Part shown: piece by piece, positions 36,645-49,089 of the stretch
Layout: each line of letters starts with the position of its first letter
Position numbering within the stretch: position 1 is the first letter of the stretch
Assembly (NCBI GenBank): GCA_020137815.1
Contig: CM035360.1
Location: forward strand, 1,736,001 to 1,800,000
DNA from: Hormiphora californensis
Lineage: Eukaryota > Animalia > Ctenophora
Length of the DNA stretch: 64,000 bases
Direction: 5' to 3'
Translations under genes and position numbers: made by a program
The notes under the pieces: generated by a model
Told to the model about the DNA's origin: nothing
The model's input: the letters and a program-made list of their open reading frames with translations, nothing else
Database searches by the model: none

Positions 36645-39327
36645 ATGGGGAGTTTTATGGATTTGGATCAGGGCGACAAGATTCAGGCCTACTATATCTG
36701 GATAGATGAAAATAGGCAGCATCTAAGGTTATATTAGACCTTACATTAGACAACTAAAAAATAATATACCTACGTATTCGTGAAGATTATAATTTGTATA
36801 TCTGCGGCCTTTCGATAACAGTTTCGATAACTAACGCTCCAGTTACAAAATTGAAACCTGACATCAGTTTTTCTGGACAGCTGGGAAACTCCTGGTGAAC
36901 CATGCCGCTCATGTAATTTTCAATCACGTGATCGATGTGAATTGCATTGAAAGTAGCGTGTCAGCACTCCAAAGAGAACCTGACACCAGTTTTCACTGAA
37001 AACTGGTATCAGGGTTCAATTTTGTAACTCAAACTGCTGTGCCAACCTTGAAGGTTGCACCATCCGCGTCCGCGGCATCATAATGATTGAAGTGGGGGCG
37101 ACTGGGGGACCTCCAAGCTGGTCTCGCGTGTGTTAACCACCTGCTTCATGTTTTACTCAGTCTGAGAGGTAAAACGAGGACGTTGGATGGACCGATAACA
37201 TCTCTCGATCAGGTGCCTGTTTGGACTTATGCTGAAAACAGGCCATACAACGAATCTAACAGGAGAAACATGGTACTTAACGGTAACCACATACTTTTTC
37301 ACGGTCTTAAAAAATAACAGTGTCGCTTGGAGAAACGGTTTTCAAAAATGAAGACACACACTTTCCGTAGCGTGCGGGCAATAAACACATGTTCAGCTTG
37401 ATATAGCTGAAAAAGTGTGCTTTATTACCTGTGCACTACACAAAAGGAGCGTATGGGTACTGTGTTAGAACACCGTTTCTCCACTACAAGCGGCTTTGTA
37501 AGACAAACAACATACGTTTACAAGTTACAATCAACTCTAGTACTTCCAAACCAAAAATAAACCAACTGCGATTGAAAACAAACTGTTTTCGCTGACTTTT
37601 AGAACGGTTCAGGAACAGATCAACAAGAGGGAATGAATAGCGATGAGTGCCTGAGGCCTGTCGCCATTTTTAGGTACAGTACAAACTCTCTTGAGTACAC
37701 TCCCTAAACGAACCCCTAAACAACTCCCACTCCTACTCCAGAGATCCATTCCGAAGGGGTGACAACATTTTGGTGATGTGTGAGTGCTACACATTCGATG
37801 ACAAGCCCCACCCCTCCAACAAAAGAAGTGAATGTCTGTCTGTGATGGAGAAAGTAGCGGCAGAACATCCTTGGTTTGGTATTGAACAGGAGTACACACT
37901 TTACGAAACAGATGCTGTCACGCCCCTGGGGTGGCCCAAAAATGGGTTCCCTGGACCTCAGGGCCCTTACTACTGTGCAGTGGGCGCTCAGAATGTTTAT
38001 GGACGGAAGGTGGTAGAGGCTCACTACAGGGCGTGCATGTATGCAGGCGTCAAGATTGCTGGATCAAACGCTGAAGTCATGCCCTCTCAGGTGGGAATTT
38101 CAAAGAAACCTTGCTTCCGCTTTTATAAAACGTTTCCTTGTTTTAAAAATTTCCTATGAGGCCCCTCGGAAATGTTCAAGTCATGCACAATCAAGTCACG
38201 CCCACCAATCACAGCTCAGAACGCGCGGAGTGCTTCGCGCGTTCTGAGCTGTGATTGGTGGGCGTGACTTGATTGTGCATGACTTGAACATTTCCGAGGG
38301 GCCTCATTAGATTTGTAATCTGGTATAGAAACTTTCCTTGTGTTTCAGTGGGAATACCAAGTAGGGCCCTGCGAGGGAATCGATATGGGCGATCACCTTT
38401 GGGTTTCCCGGTGGATTTTGTGTCGGGTTGCTGAGGAGTTCGGTGTGGTAGTTAGCTTTGATCCTAAACCAAAATCTGGAGAGTGGAACGGTGCTGGGTG
38501 CCATACTAACATCAGGTAAGGTCTAAAGGAGGATTATCAAGCTTCTTAATCAATCTTTAACCAAGCCCATGACTCATCGATGTCAATCAAAGGGCTGTAT
38601 TTGACCTAAAATTTCTTGTTCAGTATTATTGATGCTTTCTTTTTTGCTTTCTTTTTTGCTTTCTAACTCCGTTCTTTTCCAGCACCCTGAAGATGCGTCA
38701 AGATGGGGGAATGGCCCACATGGTTACAGCTATAGAGAAAATGAGTCACAAACAGAGAGAACACATTGAGGAATATGATCCTAAGAAGGGGGAGGATAAC
38801 AGCCGTCGACTAACTGGACGACACGAAACCGCTAGGTAAATCAAATCTTGTTTTTGTTGGATAAACTGTTTCAATAGAGAAACACGGCCTTGAAGTCGTC
38901 ACGTTCTTGGACGCGTCCAAAGTAACATGCTCTACATTTAAACTGATAAAAAAAATTTAAAAATTAAATCTATCCCACTTTTTCAGTATTGATAAGTTTA
39001 GTTATGGAGTAGCACACCGTGGAGCTAGCATTAGGATACCCCGTCAATGTGACAAGGATGGAAAGGGATACTTCGAGGTAAGAGGGGTTCCATGAATTTC
39101 AGGTTACTAAGAACTATAGGCAATAGGCATCGAAATTCGAAGCTGCCTACGACGTCGAAGACGTACAGGGGTGGTGAACCGTTCTAGACGTGCAAAAGAC
39201 AGTCTAGCCAGGCAATTCTAGACAATATATAACCCATCCCCATTCCTAGGATCGAAGACCAGCTAGTAACTGTGACCCGTACAGTGTGACGAGTCGAATC
39301 ATGAGGACTATCTGTGATTTAGACTAG
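36645..39327 (+). CDS. Glutamine synthetase II paralog with a remodelled N-terminal domain, ~367 aa, 8 exons
   Basis: Exons 36645-36727, 37161-37272, 37603-37673, 37742-38090, 38349-38515, 38683-38835, 38987-39077, 39250-39327; phase-consistent with no stops. The last five exons differ from copy 1 only at synonymous sites by my reading. Confidence 0.88.
36841..37029. mobile_element. MITE in intron 1 of GS copy 2
   Basis: TIRs agttacaaaattgaaacctgacatcagtttt / aaaactggtatcagggttcaattttgtaact. Confidence 0.75.
37315..37500. mobile_element. MITE inside the extra intron of GS copy 2
   Basis: taacagtgtcgcttggagaaacggt ... accgtttctccactacaagcggctttgta; TIR resembles the 23761/25461 family. Confidence 0.65.
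38158..38305. mobile_element. 148-bp palindromic MITE with AT target duplication
   Basis: About 70-bp perfect arms gaggcccctcgg...aacgcgcg / cgcgcgtt...ccgaggggcctc; absent at the homologous site in copy 1 (cctattagattt, ~34934). Confidence 0.9.
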
Positions 39328-39829
39328 CTCCTCGCCAAGTAGAGCCTCTCCAGGGTCGCCCAGTGGAGACAATAATATAATAGAGAGATGAATGTTATTT
39401 TAAGATATGTATATGTATACTGGGTAGTACACATGGTATGGTTCATTTCTCAGTTTAACTTGTAAAAATGAAAAAATCAAATTGAGTTGGTATCAATAAA
39501 CCAATAGTACCTCGTCCCCTTGAATAGAGAGCCTCGAAGTCCGAATAGAGCCTCGAAGTCCGAAATGCTACATAATTTTCCCAGTACCCCATTGGCTATT
39601 CCATCATGGAATTTCATGCCCCCCCCCCGGCCCCCCTACAAGCCCTAATTTCTGGCCCTCAGCGAGAAGCTGTAAGCCCAAATCTGGCTAACATTATATT
39701 TCAGAACTTGCAATAAAAAGTAAAACCACGCTGTGCGTCGCGTGAACGTGAGAAGGAGGGATCGAAGTAGAAAAAGAGCAAAAAACTTCGAAAAAAGTTA
39801 CCAAAAAAACCGGAAACACTTCAGTGCAA

Positions 39830-41400
39830 GAAGGAACCATAATAAAGTTCAAGAGCCTCCAAGAGCACCCAAGAGCGTACCCGATCGAAGAGAGACCACA
39901 CCTGAGAGCGCACCACACCCAAAAGAGACCACATCCAAGAGCGCACCACCTCCAGAAGACACCACTTCAAGAGCGCACCACATCAAAGAGAGCTCCCCAT
40001 CCAGAAGATACCACGCGCAGGGGACACCACGCGCAGAAGAGACCAGCGCGGCGTTGTATTTGCGCGTGCGGTCTCTTCTGCGCGTGGTGTCCCCTGCGCG
40101 CGGTATCTTCTGGATGGGGAGCTCTCTTTGATGTGGTGCGCTCTTGGAGTGGTGTCCCCTGCGCGCGGTATCTTCTGGATGGGGAGCTCTCTTTGATGTG
40201 GTGCGCTCTTGGAGTGGTGTCTTTTGGAGGTGGTGCGCTCTTGGATAGGGATCCCTAAAAAAGTTCAGTATTTACACAGAGTTTACACAGTCTTTACACA
40301 GTCGTTACACCCAGAGCGCCCGCGCCGCTCTGGGTGTAAAGACTGCGTCTTTCGCACTCGATTTGCAGCGTTTTCGGAAACTTTTTTCGCCGCAGCGCTC
40401 AATTTACTCAATTGTGCAGCACACAATCCAATATTTTCTTAGAAAAAGCCGCAAAACGCAGCACGCGCCGCTCTGGGTGTAATGACTGTGTAAAGACTGT
40501 GTAAACTCTGTGTAAATACTGAACTTTTTTAGGGATCCCTATGGGGTGCGCTCTTGAACTTTATTATGGTTCCTTGGCATACGTTGCAGGCCCCTTATAA
40601 TATAATATAAGGGGCCTGGAGGGAATACCGCGCTAGGGGGGAATACATAATCAATCATATCTCCGGTTCCAGATAAGGTACAGAAATCGTTTTGGTAGCG
40701 TTAGAAAGAGGAAGAGAACAGCTTTCAAATGCAACCGGTTTCAAGTCTCTATCTTATCAGGAACAGGAGATATGAACCAAACTCCGCAAAATCGAGTGCG
40801 GTAAAATCGAAATTTGAATGAAATTTTAAAAATGGTGTCCCTGCAAGAATCTGTGACGTCACTTTTTGAAAACAACCCATCTTTCAACGGCTATTGCTCA
40901 GCCTCCTTAAGTCCAATTAACTTCTCTCAAAAACAGCAAGGTAGATAATCGTTAGATCTAACAACTGGTGAAAGAATCAAGTCAAACGGACTTCAGGAGC
41001 CAAAGTTATAAGCACCGCCGTTTTTTCGACCGCAAAGTTATCTTCGACCCAGCCGGGATCAGGCCAAACGCGCGCGCGGCATTCCCTCCAGTCCCCTCGT
41101 TGCGGGGGTGCGCGCATGAGGGGGCTGCAGCGCATTCCAATATGGTTCCTTAGTAAAAAGTCAAAGTGCACCGTTTACCGCAGCCGCGTCGTCGGATTTT
41201 TTGAAACTGTCACCCCCCTGAAATAACGAAATTTGCCATATCTCCGGTTCCTGATAAGATAGAGACTTGAAATTTGGAGGTTCTGAAGAACTTAGCAAGA
41301 TCTTCGTAACCTCCAAATTTCAAGTCTCTATCTCGTCAGGAACCGGATTTATGGTCATTTACGAAAATACCCAGGGGGGTGACAGTTTCAAAAAATCCGT
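39830..41400. mobile_element. Composite of nested inverted-repeat elements
   Basis: Outer IR aaggaaccataataaagttcaagagc (39830) / 40550-40575; internal aagagcgcaccac subrepeats in both orientations; nested MITE 40246-40542; palindrome 40587-40618; foldbacks 40657-40775 and 41193-41399. Confidence 0.7.
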
Positions 41401-42593
41401 CTTTATCAAGCGCGCGCCTCAACGATTTGGACCGCGCTGAGTTTTTTGCATCGTATAAAAACAATATTCGCGCGTAACGATCAATCACTGCGCGTTTGAT
41501 TGATTTCGTTTTACTCCGCAAACAATCCAAGTTCAAAATAGTGGCGCCAAGGACAAACATTCGATTATTTTTCCGGATTTGATCAATTTGAGTTGTGTAG
41601 TTTCCGGTTTCTAGTTTCCGCGATACGCCGATACCTCACTATCTAGATGATCCATTTTGAAACGAGATTGTTTAAAAATTCAAAAGATGTTCTAAAAGAA
41701 AATCCTAACGCCCCTCAAAACAACAACAAAAAAGGTCAGTTTTAAAAAACAACACGTGTTTCCCTCTTCAAACCGAAGTTGAACTCTCCATTATAGAATT
41801 TGATCTGGAGCTATTTCCGGGTGTCGGTAGTGTCCTTTTAGCTCGAAGTTTATCTTCACGTGACAGGGTGCTTTGTGGGCTGCAGCAGCTGCCCCCATTT
41901 AGCGGTGAAATACCATCCTCTGATAAAGGGGAACCATTATCAGTTCGATCGGGCAGAGTAGTACCACAAGGCACTAGGTTGATATGTAGCACGGGTAATC
42001 GGCCCGAGTCGAGGGTACTGGGTGGACTACTTTGGTCCAGTTCTTCGTGTATTATCACTGGATTTGAGATGACTTCGCTGGTAGAGATGGGGTATTTAGA
42101 TTTCCTGAACTTTTCCTCCCGTCTTTGCTTCGTTCTAGAGGTGGGTGGAGGGTCAGCTGGGGGTTTCATTCACACACTCCTGTCACGCACTTTCTTCATT
42201 CATCACAGCTCCAATACATTCACACACACCACCCTTGCTACTCTTGATCCACTGCACTCGTGACACAGAATCAGAGATCATGCTCACACATTCCACGGAC
42301 TCAATCCATCCTTGATCACTGCAGCACGCCTCACACTATCATGCACACACCCATCCGGCACCCTGGTAATGGTATCCTAATTTATCCCAACTTTATAAAA
42401 CACACTCTTCATCACTGCAAGCTGCAATGTGGCCCCATGCCCCAGCAGTTATAGTTTCACACCACACACTCACATATACATTGCTCCAGATTTCCAATCA
42501 TCTCACATTATAATATCACCCATCCCAAATTGTCCCTAAAACCCATATGTTCGTGCACACCTGTACACACAAACACACACACGCCCTCTCTCA

Positions 42594-45500
42594 CTACATC
42601 ACTGATCTGTTCTGTGCCCTGGGCGATACGGTCACTTTTTTAGCTTTCAGCTTGCTTTTAGGGGTTACCCCCGCCCTCCGTCTCAGTTTATACCTCATAG
42701 AGTGAATCACCCTGCCATGTATCCTCTCCTCGTATCTCCTCATCCAGTGCAGAACTCTGGTGGACGTAACGGCGTGGAAGTATGTTGGGCATGTGAAGAG
42801 ATAGCAGATTGGGATGAATACTGATCCGAGACAAGTCCAGAAGGAGAGAAAGTCCATTCCAACGACCATTGGATAGGTAATGTTCAATTCACTGATGTCC
42901 GACTATAGGGGAAGTTGGGTTTAGGTATTACCGCTTTGAGAATTATTAGATCCCGAACTAGAACCGTAGTAAAGTAGTAAATTATGTATTGTCTGCTAAG
43001 CTTGGAAACGAAGTAACCCCTCCCTTGCCAGTGCGGGGTTATATCTTAACCAGCTGCGGGGTTATATCTTAACCAGCTGCTAAACTATGATATATATAAG
43101 GTGATATACATCCCTGCTTACCATGGTATGTCTGATGAGTAGGATGATGGCAGCCAACCATTTCGGGGACTGGGTTATTACAAATACTAACACCATACAC
43201 AGGCTTGCTTTGTACCTGCACAGAAATATAGATTATTGCATGTATTACATCTAAACAGCCTTTACCGTCCGTTTTATCAAGAAATTGAGCACTAGCCTGG
43301 CTAGTGGCTAGGGATACGTGCTAAATTTTGGCGTATGAACAGTTAAAATTGTATCCAATATGCACCAACCTTTGAAAGAAATTTCTACTTTTTTCATGCA
43401 TTTCATCCGCACTAAGCTTGACCTCCGTCTCATTTTTGTGAAGGGACCTCCGTCTCATGTAAAGCATGGCCACATAATGACACACGGCCAACAGAACGGG
43501 GAAAATAGGGAAGAATATGATATAGAGATAGAGTTCTTTTCCAGTTGTAAAGGTGTAGGTGACAAAGCAGTCGATAACGGTTGATGAGGGGTCATCTTCT
43601 GTTGCACACTTTGTATATTTCTCTTTTACACCTGCAGCAGGGGTAGGGGATCCAATGAGGTGCAATGACTGTGATGATATAACTTAACAATAAATAACGG
43701 ACGGTCTGTTATTATATTTATTGTACGGATGTATAGGCCTACATCACAAATCTAAAAAAGTCCGAACTAGACAGATTGTATGGAGACTTACCTAACCGGC
43801 CTTCGTCAGTAAAGAAAAGTCCCGAGTCCCAGAATAGCAGTATGTGTGGTAGGGTTACTGTTATCCAGATTGAAGAGGCCACTTTCTTTACCATAAACAC
43901 CTGTTTAACAGAGATACAAGTTCGGGTGTCTTGAAGGAGTTGGAGATTTTGGGAAACAATAATTCGAAAAAGGTACACTACTTTACTACTCAGGAAAGTT
44001 GGCCTATAAAAGTACACTTAAAGTTTCGTTTTTGTGCACCTCTCACTTTAATTTGGCAGCATTACAGATCCTAATATACCTTCACGACGTCTTTTAGATT
44101 GGTGAACTGATATAGCAACATATCAATAGCAATCATCAACACGTGGGCCATGTATAGCACTTCTAGGTAGGAGTAACAGTAGGCGGTAAAGGTGCACCAG
44201 TATCTACCCAGGTTCCACCCATCCGTTCTCATCATGGTGTATACTCCCATCGGGTAGACCTGTTATAGTAGAGGGGAGAGGGGTATTATCTAGTTACCTA
44301 GACCTGTTATAATAGAGGGGGGGAGGATGGGGTTCTCATGGTGTACACTCCCATCGGGTAGACCTGCAGGTGGGAGGGGGGTGGGGAGTTACCTAGACCA
44401 GCAGTAGAGGATGGGGAGGGTTATCTAGTTACCTAGACCTGCAGTAGAGGATGGGGAGGGTTATCTAGTTACCTAGACCTGTTATAGTAGGGAGGAGGGT
44501 TGTCATGGTGTACACTCCCATGGGGTAGACCTGGAGGTGGGGGAGGGGGTATATTTAGTAGGGGAGGGGGGTATTAACTAGACCTGTTATAGTAGAGGGG
44601 GAGGAGGGTGGTTGTCATGGTGTACACTCCCATGGGGTAGACCTGTTATAATAGTAGGGGGGTATTAACTAGACCTGCAGGTGGGCTGGGGGGGGGTTAC
44701 AATCTAGTTGGACAGTTTGACATGGGGGTTCCTTGTTGAGTACCCATTACTCAACAAGGGGTTCTGGGTTACCCCTGGATCCCTGGTTATCCGGTATACC
44801 CCGCCTTCTGCACCGGCCATGACCATGATATCACTACCCTTGTTGTTGGATTTAAAAACCCGTTTTGCCTACTTTTGTGTACATATAATAGTCAAAAGAA
44901 GACAAAAGTATTCAGGAAATTCCGGAAATTTCATCGCCCACCCCTTGTATGGCTCACACATGTTATATTCTAACCCTCAACGTGCGGGGCGCAGCGAGAC
45001 ATGGTCAAACAAGGCGAGCTCTCACTGTATGCTCTGTGAGGGCTCGGCAGATCTACCACACTGTGGTAATATTCATAACACCACACCCTAATATTCACCC
45101 CCCCCCCCCCCATTATATTGCACCCCACCCTAACATTCACCCCCCCCCCCCATTATATTGCACCCCACCCTAACATTCACCCCCCACCCATTATATTGCA
45201 CCCCACCCTAACATTCACCATCCCATTATTTTGCACCCCACCCTAACATTCACCCCTTATATTGCAGGTCACAGTGTGTGTGGTACAACTTACGAGAAAT
45301 CCCATGAGGAAGTGGTTGAAGGAGAGACTGACTGCAAAAACAAAGGTAAACTGATCAATCTCCTTCCATCTCTCCATTATAGAGGCTAACACAACCGAGG
45401 CGTTGCTCACCTGGGACGTAGGAAATGGAATGATATTGAAAATGGGAAAGCGGGCAGACATTATGGGTTTTACTGATTAGGGAGTTGAGAATTGAGAAAG

Positions 45501-45911
45501 GGGACAGGGGTTCTCTTGGGCAAGAATCTGGTATTTTCATGGGGTTGATTCTTATGTTCTTATGTTGGGAATGATATTAGTTCATACATTATAATTACCA
45601 TGGCAACTAAAGATAAGATGATGTAGAGACAAATGAAGACTCCCTGATTTGCGTCACTTCTGTCACAAATGTACGCCATATTTAGAAGATCTGGTGATAG
45701 GGGGGAGTTGTTAATTAACTTGAATTAAGCAAACTCAATTTACACATTGTGTTGCTCGAACCTGTGATCAATTCAAACACACACTGCATTCTGTAATAAT
45801 CACTATAATATAATAAACACTGTAATAACACCTACCTGTATCACTGATTCCCTCCCTGGTGCAGTCTGAGAAGTTAGCCCAGTCAGTCCAGCAATCCAGT
45901 TTAGAATCCAT
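42594..45911 (-). CDS. Orphan class A (rhodopsin-like) GPCR, 8 coding exons
   Basis: Exons 45911-45836 (one extra base needed to be removed), 45643-45599, 45410-45294, 44259-44080, 43900-43792, 43631-43370, 43215-43122, 42902-42594. Seven hydrophobic segments, TM1 Asn, ECL1 WNLGRYWC, TM3 end IAIDML, TM4 W..P, ECL2 Cys, TM6 F...SP and TM7 IPICY. Confidence 0.85.
44250..44700. repeat. Minisatellite built from the GPCR exon-4 acceptor and exon start
   Basis: catggtgtacactcccat.gggtagacctg repeated at ~44337, 44504 and 44616 plus many tagacctg units. Confidence 0.85.
45080..45265. repeat. ~38-bp minisatellite in a GPCR intron
   Basis: ccattatattgcaccccaccctaacattcacc x4-5. Confidence 0.9.
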
Positions 45912-46714
45912 TATAATAGTGGTGTCCTATATCTGACAATTGAGTTGTTGAGAAAGGGGGAGGGTTACAATTGAGGCTGGGGATACAATATTGAATTGAA
46001 TTTACAATTGAGGTGGAGGATAATAAAACTAAAAACATTCTGCATTGCTGGGGTGAGGGGGTTTACAGAATGCCAGCAAATGTTCGCAACAACAATGCCA
46101 CCTATAACGCAGGAACTGTAAGGTGGGACCCTCCTTCTAAGGAGTGTAAAACATGCTCTAAGTAGAAATGTCGTGGCCCTATAAATCTCATTTCAAATCA
46201 CCACGACATCACGATCGTGCACAATGAGCCACCATGCAGTACTCGGAAGAAGGAGACTTGGCAGCAGGACAAAGGTATCGGCAAATCATTTTTCTTAGAC
46301 TGAGAGGGGGAGAGAGAGAGAGGGGGAGAGAGAAGAGAAAATTTCTCTGAGAGAGATAGGATAGAAAGCGGTACGAATTGAAACATACATAAGTTGACAA
46401 CAAAGTCAACGCCTCTAGTTAAAGGAAAGCGAAAGAAGAATGTTAAGGACAATGAGAATTCCGAATATAGAGGGAGAGAGAGGGTGAGCAAAATAGAAAT
46501 ATGGAAATAGGGAGAGAGAGAATTTTGATAAATAGTTAAAGAGATAGAAACTCTCCATTGAAGAGGGTTGGAGAAAGATAGATAGATTGAGTGTGAGATA
46601 GAATGCAGGGTAGTAGCATCATGTAGCTTTCTGTAAAAGGAAACCTGTGTAGGTGGTCTTTGTCTCTCTCTCTCTCTATCTCTCTCTCACTCCCTCTCTC
46701 TCTCCCTCTCTCTG

Positions 46715-46782
<68 letters not shown>

Positions 46783-48046
46783 CCCTAATAAAAATGAAAA
46801 AGCTCTATAAGTATGGTAATCGTGTAGGCGAAGATAGTTATAAGTTAGACCTGAGATGTGAAACTAACTCAGAACAAAACAGAGAAAGTGTTATATCGCG
46901 CCAGATAGAGACACAATTTATAGTGTGTAGAGAAAAAAAAAAGGTGATTTTCACACCTACAAGTGTGCGTTGATTTGTTCTCCCGCCCTGGTTTCACGTT
47001 TTTTAATCATTCAATCCATGGTATTGGACATCTAGCTCATTCAATCTATCTATTTTTACCATCCAGATCTACATTTTACCTTTCTGGTCTCTACCTACGG
47101 CTTTTATACTTAGCTATTCTCTTTTGTGTGGCTCATACCGCACTCTGCGAGGGTTCGGTAGATCATATTATCTTGGGTTCTAATTTCTACTAATCAACAG
47201 AATAGCTCAGCAACCTAATTCTGCATTATATACTGGTGTGTGACGGCTTTTGTGTGTTACAAAGAACTGTTGACACACGGTGTACTATTGACATAGAAAT
47301 ATGATGTTGATTGTTGAGCATGTTTCAGGTAGACTTATGCGGGATTTTCAGCCTCTTTACTTTTAGCTTTGGGCGCCCAAAGTAGCTTACTGTTAGTTTC
47401 ACACTTTCACATCTCATACACAGTACAAGTATAGTATGAAAACAGAAAGCAGTAAAATTATGATAAGATACATCGCACATCAATTTGTAAAAGAAGGGCT
47501 TAAACATAACTATGAATACTATGAATGTGTGTATATCAAGTAGATGTGGAACTTCGTGTTATCAAAGATTCAAAGAGTTTGGCTGAGTTTGGCGGCGCCG
47601 AAATTAGGGGTTACAGTTTACACTTGGCAAACATATATGCAACGCGAACGGGTTATTATTTATTACTTTATTTTATATTTAAAACCAAGAGAAGGCAATG
47701 AAAATGCAGGTGTTACGAAAGCAGTTACGAAATAAAATCTTCTACGTCAAGTGAAGCTTCATAGCTAAGTGGTTTGAAAATAAAGTTTGCGAGGAAGGGT
47801 CAGCCTCAGCACAATGCCTGGCAGTGGAGTTCTATTGAACAAGTATAGTCCATAGAACGTGCAGTGGTACGGCGTGACAACGACGGATCGGTTGTACGTG
47901 AGTCGTGATATTTTGAGAGCAGGGATCATCATTCATCAATATTTTAAGCCAAAGATAATATGTAGATAGAGGATAGAGAGAGTGACAAAGAATTTAAAGA
48001 GCTTTGACCAAAAATATGCTATAGTTAAATCAGAAATCTCACCATC

Positions 48047-48180
<134 letters not shown>

Positions 48181-48621
48181 ATTTCTCTCTATCTCTCTCT
48201 CTATCTCCCTCATTCGGCATTCCTATACCGTACACGGCAAAATGCCTCAGCAAGACGAGCTACAGACTGAGAGAGAGACAGAGAGAGAGTTACAAAATTA
48301 GTGCAGTAATGAAACATCATGTTTAGAAACATTTGCAAGCCTTACAGATACTGCTAAAATGAATCCTATAAAGCTTTCAACCCTTTTCTCCTTCCCTCTT
48401 TCTTTCTCCATCTCTATCTATGCTCTCTCTCTCTTCTTTCCTATCCCTCTCTCCCAGATCTCTCTCGGCAAAAGTGAATCGAGAACAATACAAGGTTTGT
48501 GACAAGGTTTGCGACTTTATGCTAATATAGTGTGAGGTAATTGAGAGACCTCATGAACGGAGAGTACCTCAGTACCACTGTAGTGGAGGGTCGGGGTCTC
48601 TCTCTCTCTCACTTTCTCAGT

Positions 48622-48692
<71 letters not shown>

Positions 48693-48900
48693 TTCTCTCT
48701 CTTTCTCTCTCTCTCCCTCTCTCTCTCTCTAACCTTACCGCTTCGTTTCCTCTCACCACACGAAGTGCAGTGTAACTATGTCCCCAATTCCAAACCGATG
48801 ACTCAGTTTTCCATCTCCCTCTCTCTCTCTCTCCCCCCCCTCTCTCTCTCTATCTCTCTTCCTCCCTCTCTCTATCTCTATCTCTCTATCTCTCTCTATC

Positions 48901-48943
<43 letters not shown>

Positions 48944-49089
48944 CTCTCTCTCTCACTCTCTCCCCTTTCTCTCTCTGTCACTCAAGTTATTTATATCTCT
49001 CATTATCCCTTTTCATCCCGTATCTGACCATATATCATCGCACATACAGCATTTCACGGATGCAACACCCCCTCTCCTTTTCTAATCTA

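Noticed and set aside
34086-39327. GS tandem as a pure haplotype-duplication artefact
   Set aside because: N-terminal exons, most introns and UTRs are too divergent and exon structures differ, although read support for the junction should still be checked.
39733-40258. Repetitive His/Pro/Arg-rich ORFs
   Set aside because: They lie within subrepeats of an inverted-repeat element; no transposase or other motif.
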